Source: Fonticula alba ATCC 38817
Taxonomy: Eukaryota; Protista; Nucleariida
Direction: 5' to 3' (one strand)
Assembly (NCBI GenBank): GCA_000388065.2
Contig: KB932203.1
Length of the DNA stretch: 42,623 nucleotides
The translations under genes and the position numbers were made by a program. Below are positions 1 to 10,810 of the stretch, one piece after another. Under the pieces are notes generated by a model. That model saw only the letters and a list, made by a program, of their open reading frames with translations. It was not told the origin of the DNA and ran no database searches. The number at the start of each line of letters is the position of its first letter. The first letter of the stretch is position 1.

Positions 1-3000
1 GGGGGGGGGGGGGGGGGTGCGCCGCTCGGGGCACACACATGTGGATGAACGCGGAGCGGGGGGTGAATATTGACGCGCGGCGGGGGCCTCGTCAATACAG
101 CGCCGAGGAGTGGAGGCGGGGAAATGGGAACAACGCATGGGCTGAACCCGGGCCGGTCCCGAAACCGGCCAGTGCCAATGCATTGTCCGGGTGATTGCCC
201 GCCGGGGCAAGTCCAGGAGCAAGGCCGCCCGAGCTCCCCGCGCTCGGTCGCCTGCCTGTCTTGGCGTTAAATATGTCTTTATTTATGCCACACAACATAC
301 ATGCCCTGGCACTTGTGATTTGGGAGGCTGGGTCCACCGGGCGGCAAGGTCCCGGTGGCAGTGTGCCTGTTGTTTCAGGGGCTCGTTGGCCGGAATAGGG
401 TCTGAATCTGGCCGAAGCTCGAAGTCCCGGCGAGTGGCAATGCTCGAGACGTGAAGGAGGTCACCACTGTGCGGGCCCACGAGGGGACCCTTTTTCAAAG
501 GGAACACTTGCGGCTGGTTGCTGGAGGAGCAACCGAAACGCGCCGTCGTGTCCGTGGGCCGGGGTCCCGCGATGTCTGCAACAGTAGCGGGATCTTGGGT
601 GGCGGTGTGCGAAGGAAAAAACAACCGAATGCCAGGGGGATTTCACGCAAGCCGCTAACATGGCCACATGCCCAATCCCGGGCATCAACATTCCTGGCAC
701 ATGACTAAATCCGGATCTATCCCCGATAAACTCCGATGCTATTTTCGTAGATGCCCCTTTCGTGTTCAAGCTGCCCGGGCCTGCATGCGAGTTTCGCTCC
801 TCGACCGATGCCTTGCCCAAAGCCCCGGTTTCATGGGAGAATCCTGTGCCCCTGTTCCTGGGTGTGGGGAAACTGGTCGGAGCCCAGCGCGGGCACGCAT
901 CGGCCGATCCGGTAGACAAGCGCGCGAGGGGATCACCGCCTGTCCATGAGCCTGGCCAGGTGCCCTGGGCCGACGAACATGCTCACGCACATGTACCTAC
1001 TCTCACCCCAGGCCCCGGTGCACCGGGGGATCCTGGTGGCATAGCCGGCACAGACAGGTCGCCTGGGGATGGCTGCCTCGGGGGGCGGGGCAGTGGTGCC
1101 GGGGTCGGGGGCCGTGACGGGATGGCAGGCAAGTGCGACTCAAAGGGGCGCCGGGTGGGGCGAAAATGCTGTCCACATGCATTTCCGGTTCTATGCGGCT
1201 CTTATTGAACCGGTGCCCGGTGGGAGGGCCGCCGCTGGGGGGGGGGGGGGCTTGACAGCCCCGATCTTGGGACCTCTTGCGATCGTTTTGACTGAGCGAG
1301 GCGGGCACGAGCTGATGCGGGCCATCCGTCGACGTCGACATCGATGGCAGGGTCAGCCCGAGGGCGGGGACCGAGATCCGGGCGGAGGGGGCTCTTTTTT
1401 CTGCCTCGACCGAATCGAAAGCCCTTTCGAGGGTCCTGGTACCGAGGTCGCCAGTGTGCGTCTCTCCGATGGGAGATTTGACGCGGAAAAATGCACATCA
1501 CGTCATGCCCAGATGTCCAGCGACCGCAAGGGGATGTGCCTCGCGGCAGCGGGGCCCTCGCGTTGGGATTCCTGCGGACCCGACGGGTCACGGGCATCAA
1601 CAGGGCAGGCTTGTCTCCCAGGCCAGAGGCCGGCCCGGGCGATGGCCCTCCCTGGCGGGAGGCCTCCCGCGCTTGTTTGCCGGCCACCAACCCGGTGATG
1701 CGGGCCATCCGATGCACGGTGCGAGACATGGGAGATCCCCTTGTTTGCATTGGTCGGGTATGTGTAGGATACGTCCCGACAAGCGCAGGTCATGGGGACC
1801 GCCAGCATCGGCCCGCGCGTCGGAGCGGGTCGTCTTGGCATGCCGCCGGGGCAGCATCCGCGAGAGCACTGGGCGGGATGGCCATGTCACTCATGGTCCG
1901 AGCCGAATAACCCCCGGTCAAGATGCCCGCATTGGGGCCGTCAGCCGCGGGTGTGCAGGTGAGAGGGGCACCCAGGAGCGCCGAAGGAGAGGGCAGCGTC
2001 GGAAGAAAGGGGACCAGTGGGGCAGCATTGTCTCTTTCAGGGGGAGATGCCTGCCCGGGCGACAACTTCGGGGCGGGGAAGATTGACGATCGGCAATCTG
2101 GCACATGAGGGCCTCTCGATGGCGTTGGCGATGGGCCAGACACCCCCGGCAGCAATGAAGACGTGCGGCCTTGCCCGGACGTCGGGCACCCCGGCGAGAT
2201 GGACGCCACAGGGCCCGGGACCGGCCCGCCTCGATGGCGGATGGCCCGGCAAGAGCAGGCCATGCTATCACACTCGTGGAGGGATCGCGCCGGACCGCGA
2301 GCTTGGCGAGCAGGTCGGCGGCAGGGGCGGGCAGATCCGGCACTTCGGCCGAGAAGGGGAGGCGGGCGGGGAGCATTGCCCATGGCTTCGCATTTGGGCA
2401 TGAGTGTGCCCTTTTCTTCCCCGATCATGGGGCGTGGCTGCGGCTTTGACCGTGGCTTGGGTGCGGGGCGTTCCGAGGAGGAGCGGCTCCCGCCTCGGAG
2501 CGGGGCTTGTTTCCGGTGCACTCCGGGGGGATGCGTCCCTTGGGGATCCGGAGGGGGTGGGCGCTCTTCATTTTTGATGGGCCCCTTCCGGCGGCGGATA
2601 GTGGCCGGCTGGAGTTTCCGGTCCTCGACACGTTGGCGACACCGGAAGCCGACAAGGTGCCGAGGGGCCCTGCTTTCGATCGTGACTTGTCCATGGCGCC
2701 GACTCGGCCAGCTCGCGGCCGGGCACACCGGCGAGATGGGGCGCTGGCTGGCGGTGGCCTGGCTCCGGGCCAGAGGGCCCCTGCCCGGGGTGCTGCTTGT
2801 GAGCCGGTCACTGTGGGGGACAGATCCGGGAAGAGGCCAGCCGAGGGGAGACGCTGGTTCCCGGGCCATTTGCGAGCACAACAGTTGTCTTGCCTTCCCG
2901 TGGCGTCCCTCTGACCGCGACTCGGCCCCACTGGTCGCCACCGATTGCCGGCAAAATGCCAACTCCGCTGTCGGAAAGGTCCCGCTGAGGCGGGGCCGCA

Positions 3001-4570
3001 TTCCCGGAGCTCTCAAGGTTGTTTCCTTATAACCGGCGACCTGCCAGGCAAACGCCTCCCGGAGTGTGCCGGGCGGGGGAGACAGCGGATCCCAACGCCT
3101 GGATGGCGCCGGTCAGGGCGGTGTTCAATGCGTGTGCCATGTGTCCCGGAGGCTGTTTCGATATTTCCTCTGGGCGCATGGCTGGTCACTGAGGCTGGTG
3201 GATTGCCTGGTGCCGGCCGCTCTGCCGACCGGGTTCGGTTGCAGCGGGTCGCCCTCGGTGTGGCGCATGTTTAGAGTGCGCGAGGGAGGTGCAGCCTGGC
3301 GCGCCGGTCGTTGGAAGGGGCCTGATTCGGGTCGAAGAGCGCGCGGGATACCCTGGAAGAGGGGGGCCCAGGAAAGGAAATAAAAGTGGCTCCCTGCCCG
3401 ATGTGGGGAATGATGATCCGGGGCGCGCGCCCGGCCACGGGGCTCAAATTTGCGGCGTGTAGGGTGCGGGCCGCCGCCGACACTGGCCACGGGTGAGTCC
3501 CGGCGGTGTGGCGGCGGGCCCGATGGAACCACCAGCGGGGCGGAAAGAGCGCCCCGGAAAGTGCCGGGCAGGTACTCGAGCGGCCGTGCGTTGGCAGATT
3601 GATATCGCCAAGGGTGGCCCTCATTTGGGTCGGGCGCGCCAAGGGGGCTCTTCGCCTGGTGGATTTAAAATCTGGGGGCCCGGAGGCCAGGTGGTCTGCC
3701 CTGGGGGCAAGATGACTCGGGTCCGCGCGCCACCAAAACGCGGGGTGAGGGCGCTCGAGCGAGGCGTCCGGCGCATTCTCTCCGCAGGCAAGGGCGAGGG
3801 ACGATGGGGCGCCGCCAGTAAACTGGGCACCAGGAAACGAGTCCCGGGCTCCGCTCATCAGAGCCTCCGTGTGGGAGTGCTTTGGGCACACTGTCCCCAT
3901 CTTTTCCCCTTGCCCCTGGCGGCTTGCGGCCACAGTGCCGCGTGCGGTTCCGCCTACAGGGCCTGCGACAAGTTCGCGTGCTGCTGGCCAGCTGGCCCAC
4001 CGTCGATCTGGGATACCTTTTAGGCGGGCGATCGGCGTGGCGTACGTGCTGGGAGACGGCGCTGACGTCAGGCCTCCCGGGTGCCGAGCCCTGCTCCGAC
4101 TCCGGGGGCGAAGCGGTGGCCGGCTGTCGCGACGCTTGGGATTGCCCCTTGCTGTGTGTCTGCCCGGTTCTCGGCGCTCGCCGGGAGACACCCGTGCATC
4201 CCTCTTCCCTGGTCACCGGCCCAGGCCGGGGGGGGGGNNNNNNNNNNCAACACCCCGTCAATGCCACAGTAACTTGAAAAGGGGTCCAAAAGCCCGCGGG
4301 CCCATCGGGCCGAGAGCCACCTTCCGGTGCCCGGACACCCTCGTTCCTCTCTTGCCTTTCTGCCCTTCCCTCCATCTTCGCCGCTCCCCTCGCCTGCCTC
4401 TCTCGACCTGCCTTGTCTCTCCCCCCCCCCCCCTCCCGTTTCCCGGCTCCTCCTTGGCTTGGACCCTGGCGGCGGTTCCTCCCTGGCCGGTGTGTACCAC
4501 GGTCCCGGGTGCCGAAGGCCTGATGGTGCCGGGTGCCGTCGCGCGGGGCGGCCAGGCTCGCCTGGCTCCC

Positions 4571-7500
4571 ATGGCAGGGTCATCTTTCCTGCTGGTCCTG
4601 GCGCTGCTCGTGTCGGTACTCTTGATCACCCTCTCCCAGGGGCAGGACATCTTCCTCCATGTGGCTCCGTATCCCCTCACGCTGGCCGACAGCCCGGTGG
4701 CCTTCTCTACCGACCCCCGAGGCCACTCGACCGCCATCATCCGCTCGAGCCCCACCCTCATTCAATGTTTCCTGCAGTACACCTCCTTCGAGCACCAGGC
4801 CGAAGTCCGCTGGGGCACCTTCTTCGGGAGGGTGGGGCCCGGGTTTTCCAATCCGGACCCGGCGAATGTGAGCCCCTTCCCGCCGCTGTTCCTGCCCCTG
4901 GCGGCCCGTATGGCTCCCCTGATAGTGGACCACACCCGGTCCATGGTGCGGTTCTTCACCTCGCCGTCGAAGTACCCCCTTCCGGCTTCGGAAACGGAAA
5001 TTCTGGCCGGCGTGGCCACCTCCCAGGATGAGGCGTTGCTCCTGGGGCTGACCGGGGACCCTGCCCTGTCGCGCTCGACATACCTGGCCCGGCTCACCGG
5101 CACCGGGCTTGTCAAAATCAATGGCCTCGACATCCAGTTTGAGGGTCCGGTGCTGGCGATGCCAGGGACCGGGGCCTCCTTCTTCATGGGGTCCGGGCGG
5201 CGGGTCACCTTTGCGGCCACGGTGGCGTCGGTGAATGTTTATCAAACCTGGCTCGACCTGCCGGCCAACATCCTGGCCATGACCGTCACGCGGACCCTGT
5301 CGACGGACAGCACCTGCGCCCAGGCGTCCGATGTGGTGGCCCTTCTGGACACCGGATCGATCTATGTGGTGCCCTGTTTCGGGATCGGGCAAGTGGGCGA
5401 CCCGGTGGACACCCACTTGCCGGCCGGGCTCAACCGGTCCGGGGCCCGGTTCCTGGCTGCTCCGGCCAATGCCATTTTGAACGAGGTGGCGCCCTTCTAT
5501 GTGGTGCTGCCGAATGTGTCCAATCCGCTGGACCGGCTCTGGCAGGGGTCCCTCCATCAGGGCATCTTCTCCTGGCGCCGGGTGGTCCTGCCGTCGGCGG
5601 TGGTCGGCCTGGAGGACTTGCAGCTGATTCGCCTGCGCACGGACGCCATCACCCCCGGCTCCTGGACCCTGGTGTCTGGAAAGAGGGCCCTTTTTGACTC
5701 GGCGGCCTTCCGGTGCGAGGAGGACCGCACCATCCTGTGCGATGGCCCGGGCTCGCCGTCCCTCTCGTCGGCCGGGTGGACATGTGGCATTGGTCATGTC
5801 CAGTCGCCCTTCGTCACGCCGGGGCATCTGTGCGCCGGGTGCCAAGATGGCTGGTACCTGGACCGGCCGGCCGGTGCGTGTGCCACCGGTCACTCTCCAT
5901 CTGCTGCTTGGGTGCCTCTGGCGGCCGTCTCGGCCCGCTGACATGGTATTTTTCTGCGTGTTTCCCCCCCAATGACAGGCGAGGCGCCCTTCACGCAGCC
6001 GGGCCACAAGTGTCTCCCCTGCCCGCAGGAGCATTGTAACATTTGCGAGGGCCAGCACTGCCTCCTCTGTTCGGGCAGCTACCTGCTGCAACCGGGCAAT
6101 GGCGAGACTTTGTGTGTGTCTTCCTGCTCGGAGGGGTTCCTTCCGGTGGGTGGGACTTGCCAGCCGGGCGGCCAGGCGTTGCCGGTTTTCCAGCTGTCCC
6201 CTCCCGCCCCGTATCAGATTCCTGGACTGGATCCCGGTGATCGGATTACCGCCATGGGCCACACATGGCTGGCGGTAGACCCGGACACCGGGCAGATGGT
6301 CGTCCCGGCGGCCGCGGCCCCCGGCCCCGGCCCGCGGGTGCTCATCTTTACCGAGCAGGACAAGAGCTACATCATGTCGGCCGGTGACATTGACCGGCCG
6401 GTTGAGTCGGCCCTGCGGGAGATTCCCCTGTCGGGAGTATCGCCGTCCGGTTACACCATCGACTTTGCCGAACTTGGGCCCTTCCTCTATGCGGGGCGGG
6501 TCCGGTATTTGCTGGCTTTCTGCCGGTCAGATGGGCAGGGGCCAATGCTGACCTTGCAATGCTCGGGCCCGGCGCCATGCATGCCGACCGAGCAATTTGT
6601 CCAATTGCACCCTTCCCCCAGTTGCCATGCGATCCACCGCCTGTCGCCGGAGAGTATCCTGTTTCGGAGCTACCTCACCCAGCTGAACATCCTTTGGTTT
6701 GATCCTCTTTCCCAGGGGTTGAAGGAGTCCCTGCTCGTGGGCGGCGCTGTGGTGAGCCTGTCGGTTGGTCCGGCGGCCGGTGGCCGGGCCCACACTTCCC
6801 CCGGTGACTGGATTGTGTGGAGTGATTCGACTCCCGGGGTGACGGCCCTCCCGGTGGCGATGGTGGGCTCGGACCCGCGCGCCATGCCGCTGTCGGGGCT
6901 CTTTGTGTCTGGGCTGTCGGCCGCCGAGGGGTCCTTCGTGCCGGTGCTCCTGCCTCGGGGTGCGGCGGCTCCGGCGGAGCTGGTCTTCGTCCGGGGCTCC
7001 GGCACCGAGTGGCTGGCTGTCCGGACCCCGCGGGACATGCTGCCGGGTGGCCGGTCCAATGGGCTACTCTCCAGAGAGCAAGTCCTTGGAACGTTCCCCC
7101 GGGCCTTGGCCTCGCCGGGCCACCGGGCACCGGATGTCCTCTTCCAGGGGGTGGAGCTGCCGGCCGTGAACCCGGCCTTCCCGAGTGCGCTGCTCGTGCA
7201 GGCGCGTACCTTTGTGGGCATCTCGCTGATGTACTGCCCCGGCGGGGCCACCGGGCCGTGTACCCTGCAGCCGGCCATGTTCGTGTCGATCCCACTGGCC
7301 AACCAGCTTCCGGACGATGAGCCGCTGTGGTTGCCGGCCATGGTGTCCCTGCCGGGTGACTTGGGCGACCCGGTGCAAGCTGCCGCCCTGTCGGCAGGCG
7401 CACAGAATTTGGTGACCTTCTCGCGCTACGGCGGGCCGATGGTCCTGCCATTGAAGATGACCTGTCCGCCCGGGCACCATGGGGTCCAGTGTGCTCCGTG

Positions 7501-10500
7501 TGATGCGCGATGTGCCGAGTGTGATGGGCCCGGTGGGGAGTCCTGCACCGCCTGCCCGAGTGGCAGTTGGCTTCTTGATGGGGCATGTGTCGGGGTCTGC
7601 CCGGACGGCATGTGGCCAAAGGCGGACACTCATACGTGCGAGCCCTGTCCGGCTGGCTGTGGCATGTGCACCTCCGGGGACACATGTACCAGCTGTCTTG
7701 GCCAGCGGTTCCTGGCTGGGGATGGATCATGCGGCCAGTGTGACGGGGCATGTGCCGAGTGTGTGGATGCCATGAGCTGTACGGTGTGCCGGCCGGGGTT
7801 GGTCTTCATGGGGGCCGATGCCGCGGTGCCGTCGCTGTGCACCTCCTCCTGCCCGCCGGGCATGTATGTCGGGCCCGAGCGATGTGCCGAGTGTGACCCG
7901 AGCTGTGACCTGTGCACCGGAGGGGCCATGGAGTGCGAGGCATGTGCCGAGGGCTTCCGGTGGCTGGCCCGGCCGCCCCCGGGCGGCACCGGGGCCTGTG
8001 TCCCCTGCGACGTGGGGTGTGCCCTGTGCACGGAGGATGCCTGCTTTGCCTGTGAACCGCTGCGGTTCCTGCAGGCGGATGGCCGGTGCGTGGCCGACTG
8101 CCCGGCCGGGTTCTGGCCCAATGGCGAGTCCTGCCAGCCGTGCGATGTGTCCTGTGCGACGTGTGTCGGCGGCCAGGCGGACCAGTGTGATGGCTGCGCC
8201 GCCGGGTTCGACCTCCTCGAGACTGGCCCCGGGGTGGGGGCCTGTGCTTCCGGCTGCCCGGAGGGCCAGTACCACGCTGGTGGCGGGGCTTGCCTGCCGT
8301 GCGATGCGGCATGCGCCGCATGCAATGGCCCGACCAACCGCGACTGCTGGCGATGCCAGGGCGGCGTGCTGCAGGACGGCGAGTGTGTGCAGGACTGCGC
8401 CACCGGGCACACTGCCGCCGCCGGCCGGTGCCTGCCCTGCCACCCGTCGTGTGGCGAGTGCACCGGCGTCCGGAGCACCGAGTGCGGCACCTGCACCGGG
8501 GACTTGCTGGCCCTGCCGGCCGGCCAGTCGCCGATGCGTTGTATGCCGGCCTGCCCGGCGGGGTACAGCACCACGGCCGCCGGGTGTGCCTCGTGCAGTG
8601 CCCACTGCGTCAGCTGCCCGGGGGCCACTGCGAGCTGCGCGCTCTGCGAGCGGGGCTGGCTGCTGGACAGTCCGGGATGTGTGGCCTCCTGCCCGAGCGG
8701 CACCACGGAGCTGGGGAACTTGTGCTCCACCTGCCATGCCGTGTGTGCCACTTGCTATGGCCCGGGGCCGGACCACTGCCTGACTTGCGATCCGCTGGCC
8801 CCCTTCCTGGTGGGCAGCCAGTGCCATGGGGCCTGCCCGGCGGGCACCTTCCAACATGGGGAAGCCTGTCTGCCGTGCCACTCCACTTGTGGCCAGTGCA
8901 CCGGAGCCGGGGTCGACCAGTGCGTCGGCTGCTCCGGGGCCCGGGCGCTTTACCAGGGATCCTGCCTGACCGCCTGCCCGGGGGGCTTCTTTGCCGAGGA
9001 CAATGTCTGTGTCGAGTGCGAGGCTTCCTGCGGCACTTGCATCGAGGCCGGGACTTGTGCCACTTGCCGGGGGCAGGACATGCTCATGCCGGGGGGGACT
9101 TGCGTGTCGGTGTGTCCGGCAGGCTGGCATGGGTGCGCGGCTTTCGGCGAGTGTCGGGCCTGTCCGAGCCGCTGCACGGGATGCGCCTCGGCCGGGGCGG
9201 CCTGCGCCGGGGTGTGCACGGCCTGCGAGGCGGGCTTCGTCCTCTCCTCGGGCGCATGTGTGCGGGAGTGCCCGGCCGGGGAGTTCGCCCCGCCGGGGGC
9301 GAGCGCCTGCCAGCCCTGTGACAGTGCCTGCGCGAGCTGCCTCAATTTGGGGGATTTCTGCACGCGCTGTCCCGAGGGGCTTGTCCTGCGGCCGGTCGAG
9401 GGGGCCTGTGTGACGACGTGCTCCGGGGCCGAGGCCCCGGTGGGCGGCGTGTGCCTGAGCTGCCTTGCCGGATGCGAGCGGTGCACGCCGGCCGGCGACC
9501 AGCCCGGATGCACGGTCACCGATGGCGGCATCCTCGATTGCCCGGACATCGGCACTTGCGATCGTTGCGCCTCCGGCCGATATCTCCTGGGCCGGACGGC
9601 CTGCGTGGAGACCTGCCCGAATGGGTACCATGTGGATGAGGAGGGCCCGTCGGCCGGCTGCATGCCCTGCCACGCGAGCTGCGCGGCTTCCTGCCTCGGC
9701 CCCGGGGTCGAGGGGTGCGTGGACTCGGTCAGGCCGAAGGCCTCGCAGGTGGGCCTGGCCGTCGGCCTGGCCGTGGGCCTGCTGCTCCTGCTGCTCCTGT
9801 TGATCTTGCTGGTGGTTTGCCTTGTCCAGCGGCGGGAGAGGACCCCGGCCCCGGGCAAGGCCACCGACGATGAAGATGCCACCATGATGAACACCATCGT
9901 GGAGCTGGCCCTGCCCGGGGCCATCCTGGTCGATGTGGAGATGGACTTCCGGCCGGTCGATGAAGGGCACCTTGGCATGGGGGCCCAGGCGTCGGTGTTT
10001 GCCGCGCAGGCGGTCGGGGCCGGGACCCTCGCTCGGCTGGGCTGCCCGGAGGTGGTTGCCATCAAGCGCATGGCGGTCGAATCCATGGAGCCAGTTCGCC
10101 ATTCCCTCTTCCAGAATGAGGTCGCTCTGATGTGGCTGCTGCGTGACTGCCCGGGCGTCGTGCGGCTTTTCGGGTACAGCGAGGCCCCGGCGGCCGTGGT
10201 CATGGAGCGCTTCGACTCGGACCTTTCGCTGCTGCTCTGCTCGGAGATCCAGCTGTCGGCGCTGGCGGTGGCCGACATCTGCCACCAATGGGCCGCCGGG
10301 CTGGAGGCCATGCACGCGCACGGGGTGGCCCACTGCGACTTGAAGCCGGCCAATGTGTTTGTCAGTGCGACGCCGGCCGGGGGCTGGCGCGTGGCCCTCG
10401 GCGACTTGGGCACATCCCGGAACTTGCATGCCAACCGGCTGTCGGCCCTGCTGAACACCATGCCCGAGCTGAATGCCATGACTGTGCGGTATGCCGCGCC

Positions 10501-10810
10501 GGAAGTGCTGCAGGCCTTCCAAGGCAGGGTCCCCTTGGATTTGGGGCTCTTTTTCCCGGCCGATGTCTTTAGCGCGGGGATCATGCTGCATGGGTGCCTG
10601 ACGCGCGCGAGCCCCTGGCAGGGGCTGGCTTTGGAGGATATCATGGCCGCCGTGCAGGCCGGCGACCGGCCAAGCGTGGACGGCCTCCCCGTGGCAGCCG
10701 CGGACCTGGTTCAGGCTGCCTGGCAGGGGGACCCCCATCGGCGCCCGGTGGCTGCCCTCTTCCGCCAGCGCTGTGCCGGCCTGCTTGTTGCAGCCGGTGG
10801 CCTGGCGTGA
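4571..10810 (+). CDS. Receptor-like TKL-group Ser/Thr protein kinase with furin-like cysteine-rich ectodomain (kinase 1); join(4571..5873,5979..10810), about 2044 aa
   Basis: ATG 4571 opens a signal peptide (MAGSSFLLVLALLVSVLLITLSQG); ATG 4523 is an in-frame alternative. Phase-1 intron 5874-5978 (G|GTGCGT donor, CTGAC branch near 5938-5942, CAG acceptor) joins ORF 3869..5941 to ORF 5972..10810 in frame. Then many CxxCxxxCxxC/CPxG repeats, TM GLAVGLAVGLLLLLLLLILLVVCLV (about 9750-9826), and kinase motifs GMGAQA, VAIK, NEV, HCDLKPAN, DLG, YAAPE, DVFS. Stop is TGA. Confidence 0.92.

Noticed and set aside
700-960. Possible plus-strand exon (TAG acceptor near 750; DAPFVFKLPG...VSWENPVPLFLGVGKLVG)
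   Set aside because: Isolated signal with no supporting gene model or homology.
3869-4570. N-terminal extension of kinase 1 given by the ORF track
   Set aside because: Crosses an N gap and C homopolymers, is low complexity, and lies upstream of a clear signal peptide at 4571.
4571-10810. Calling the kinases EGFR/insulin-receptor-like tyrosine kinases or proprotein convertases because of the furin-like repeats
   Set aside because: The catalytic loop is DLKPxN (Ser/Thr type), not DLAARN, and there are no L-domains or subtilase domain.
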